64,000 nt of DNA, taken from contig NW_024704742.1 in assembly GCF_018977255.1 (NCBI RefSeq), positions 138,138,001 to 138,202,000 of the forward strand, in the 5' to 3' direction. The first letter of the stretch is position 1; every line of letters begins with the position of its first letter. This DNA is from Callorhinchus milii (Eukaryota). Positions 63,650 to 64,000 of the stretch are shown piece by piece. Below the pieces are notes generated by a model. The model made no database searches, was not told the DNA's origin, and saw only the letters and a program-made list of their open reading frames with translations. A program made the translations under genes and the position numbers.

Positions 63650-64000
63650 ACAATTGTATTTGCATTGTGTATCAAATGCAAGGATTATTATTATATTAGG
63701 TGACCAAAAGCTCAGTCAGAAAACTTGCTCTGGAGACGGACCTTGAACAAGGTGAGGGAGGGAGAGAGTTGGAGGGACTGTGGGATGGAGTTGCACTCAG
63801 TGGGATGCAATGGATGAAAGTCAACAACAACAACAACAACAAGATTCCATTTATAGAGCGCCTTTCACGTCAGGAGGACGTCCCAAGGCACTGCACAGTT
63901 GGGTCATGACCCGAGCATTGGGGAAATGGTCAGGGGACGGGAGGGAGCGAGGAGAGGGGGGATGGTCAGGGTGAGGGGAGGGAAGGGAGGGAGCGAGGAG

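Overview
Repeat-dense vertebrate genomic DNA. The repeat set (Deu-domain tRNA SINEs, L2, esterase-type CR1) suggests a cartilaginous fish, possibly a holocephalan; the taxon is an inference. Almost all entries in the supplied ORF track are artefacts of retroelements or tandem repeats. One complete host gene can be assembled by hand: a 4-exon, 111-aa CCL19-like CC chemokine on the minus strand (CDS 10855 to 9159) with a TATA box, NF-kB/IRF sites and a polyA signal. About 7 kb further along the same strand is the signal-peptide first exon of a second secreted protein (2082 to 2028), with its own TATA box and an ISRE-like element. It is probably a second chemokine that continues beyond the window start. 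The rest is a mosaic of L2, CR1, L1, Gypsy, R4/Dong-type and hAT relics plus two SINE families. Other points of note: a chimeric tRNA-Ala/CORE-like/Deu-tail SINE whose youngest subfamily carries the L2 3' stem-loop; an internally deleted CR1; a ~600-bp duplication holding a signal-peptide-like exon; two orphan minus-strand promoter/first-exon candidates (~42.4 kb and ~57.8 kb); and a CTCF site pair at ~63.05 kb. All family assignments come from motif recognition; no database search was run.
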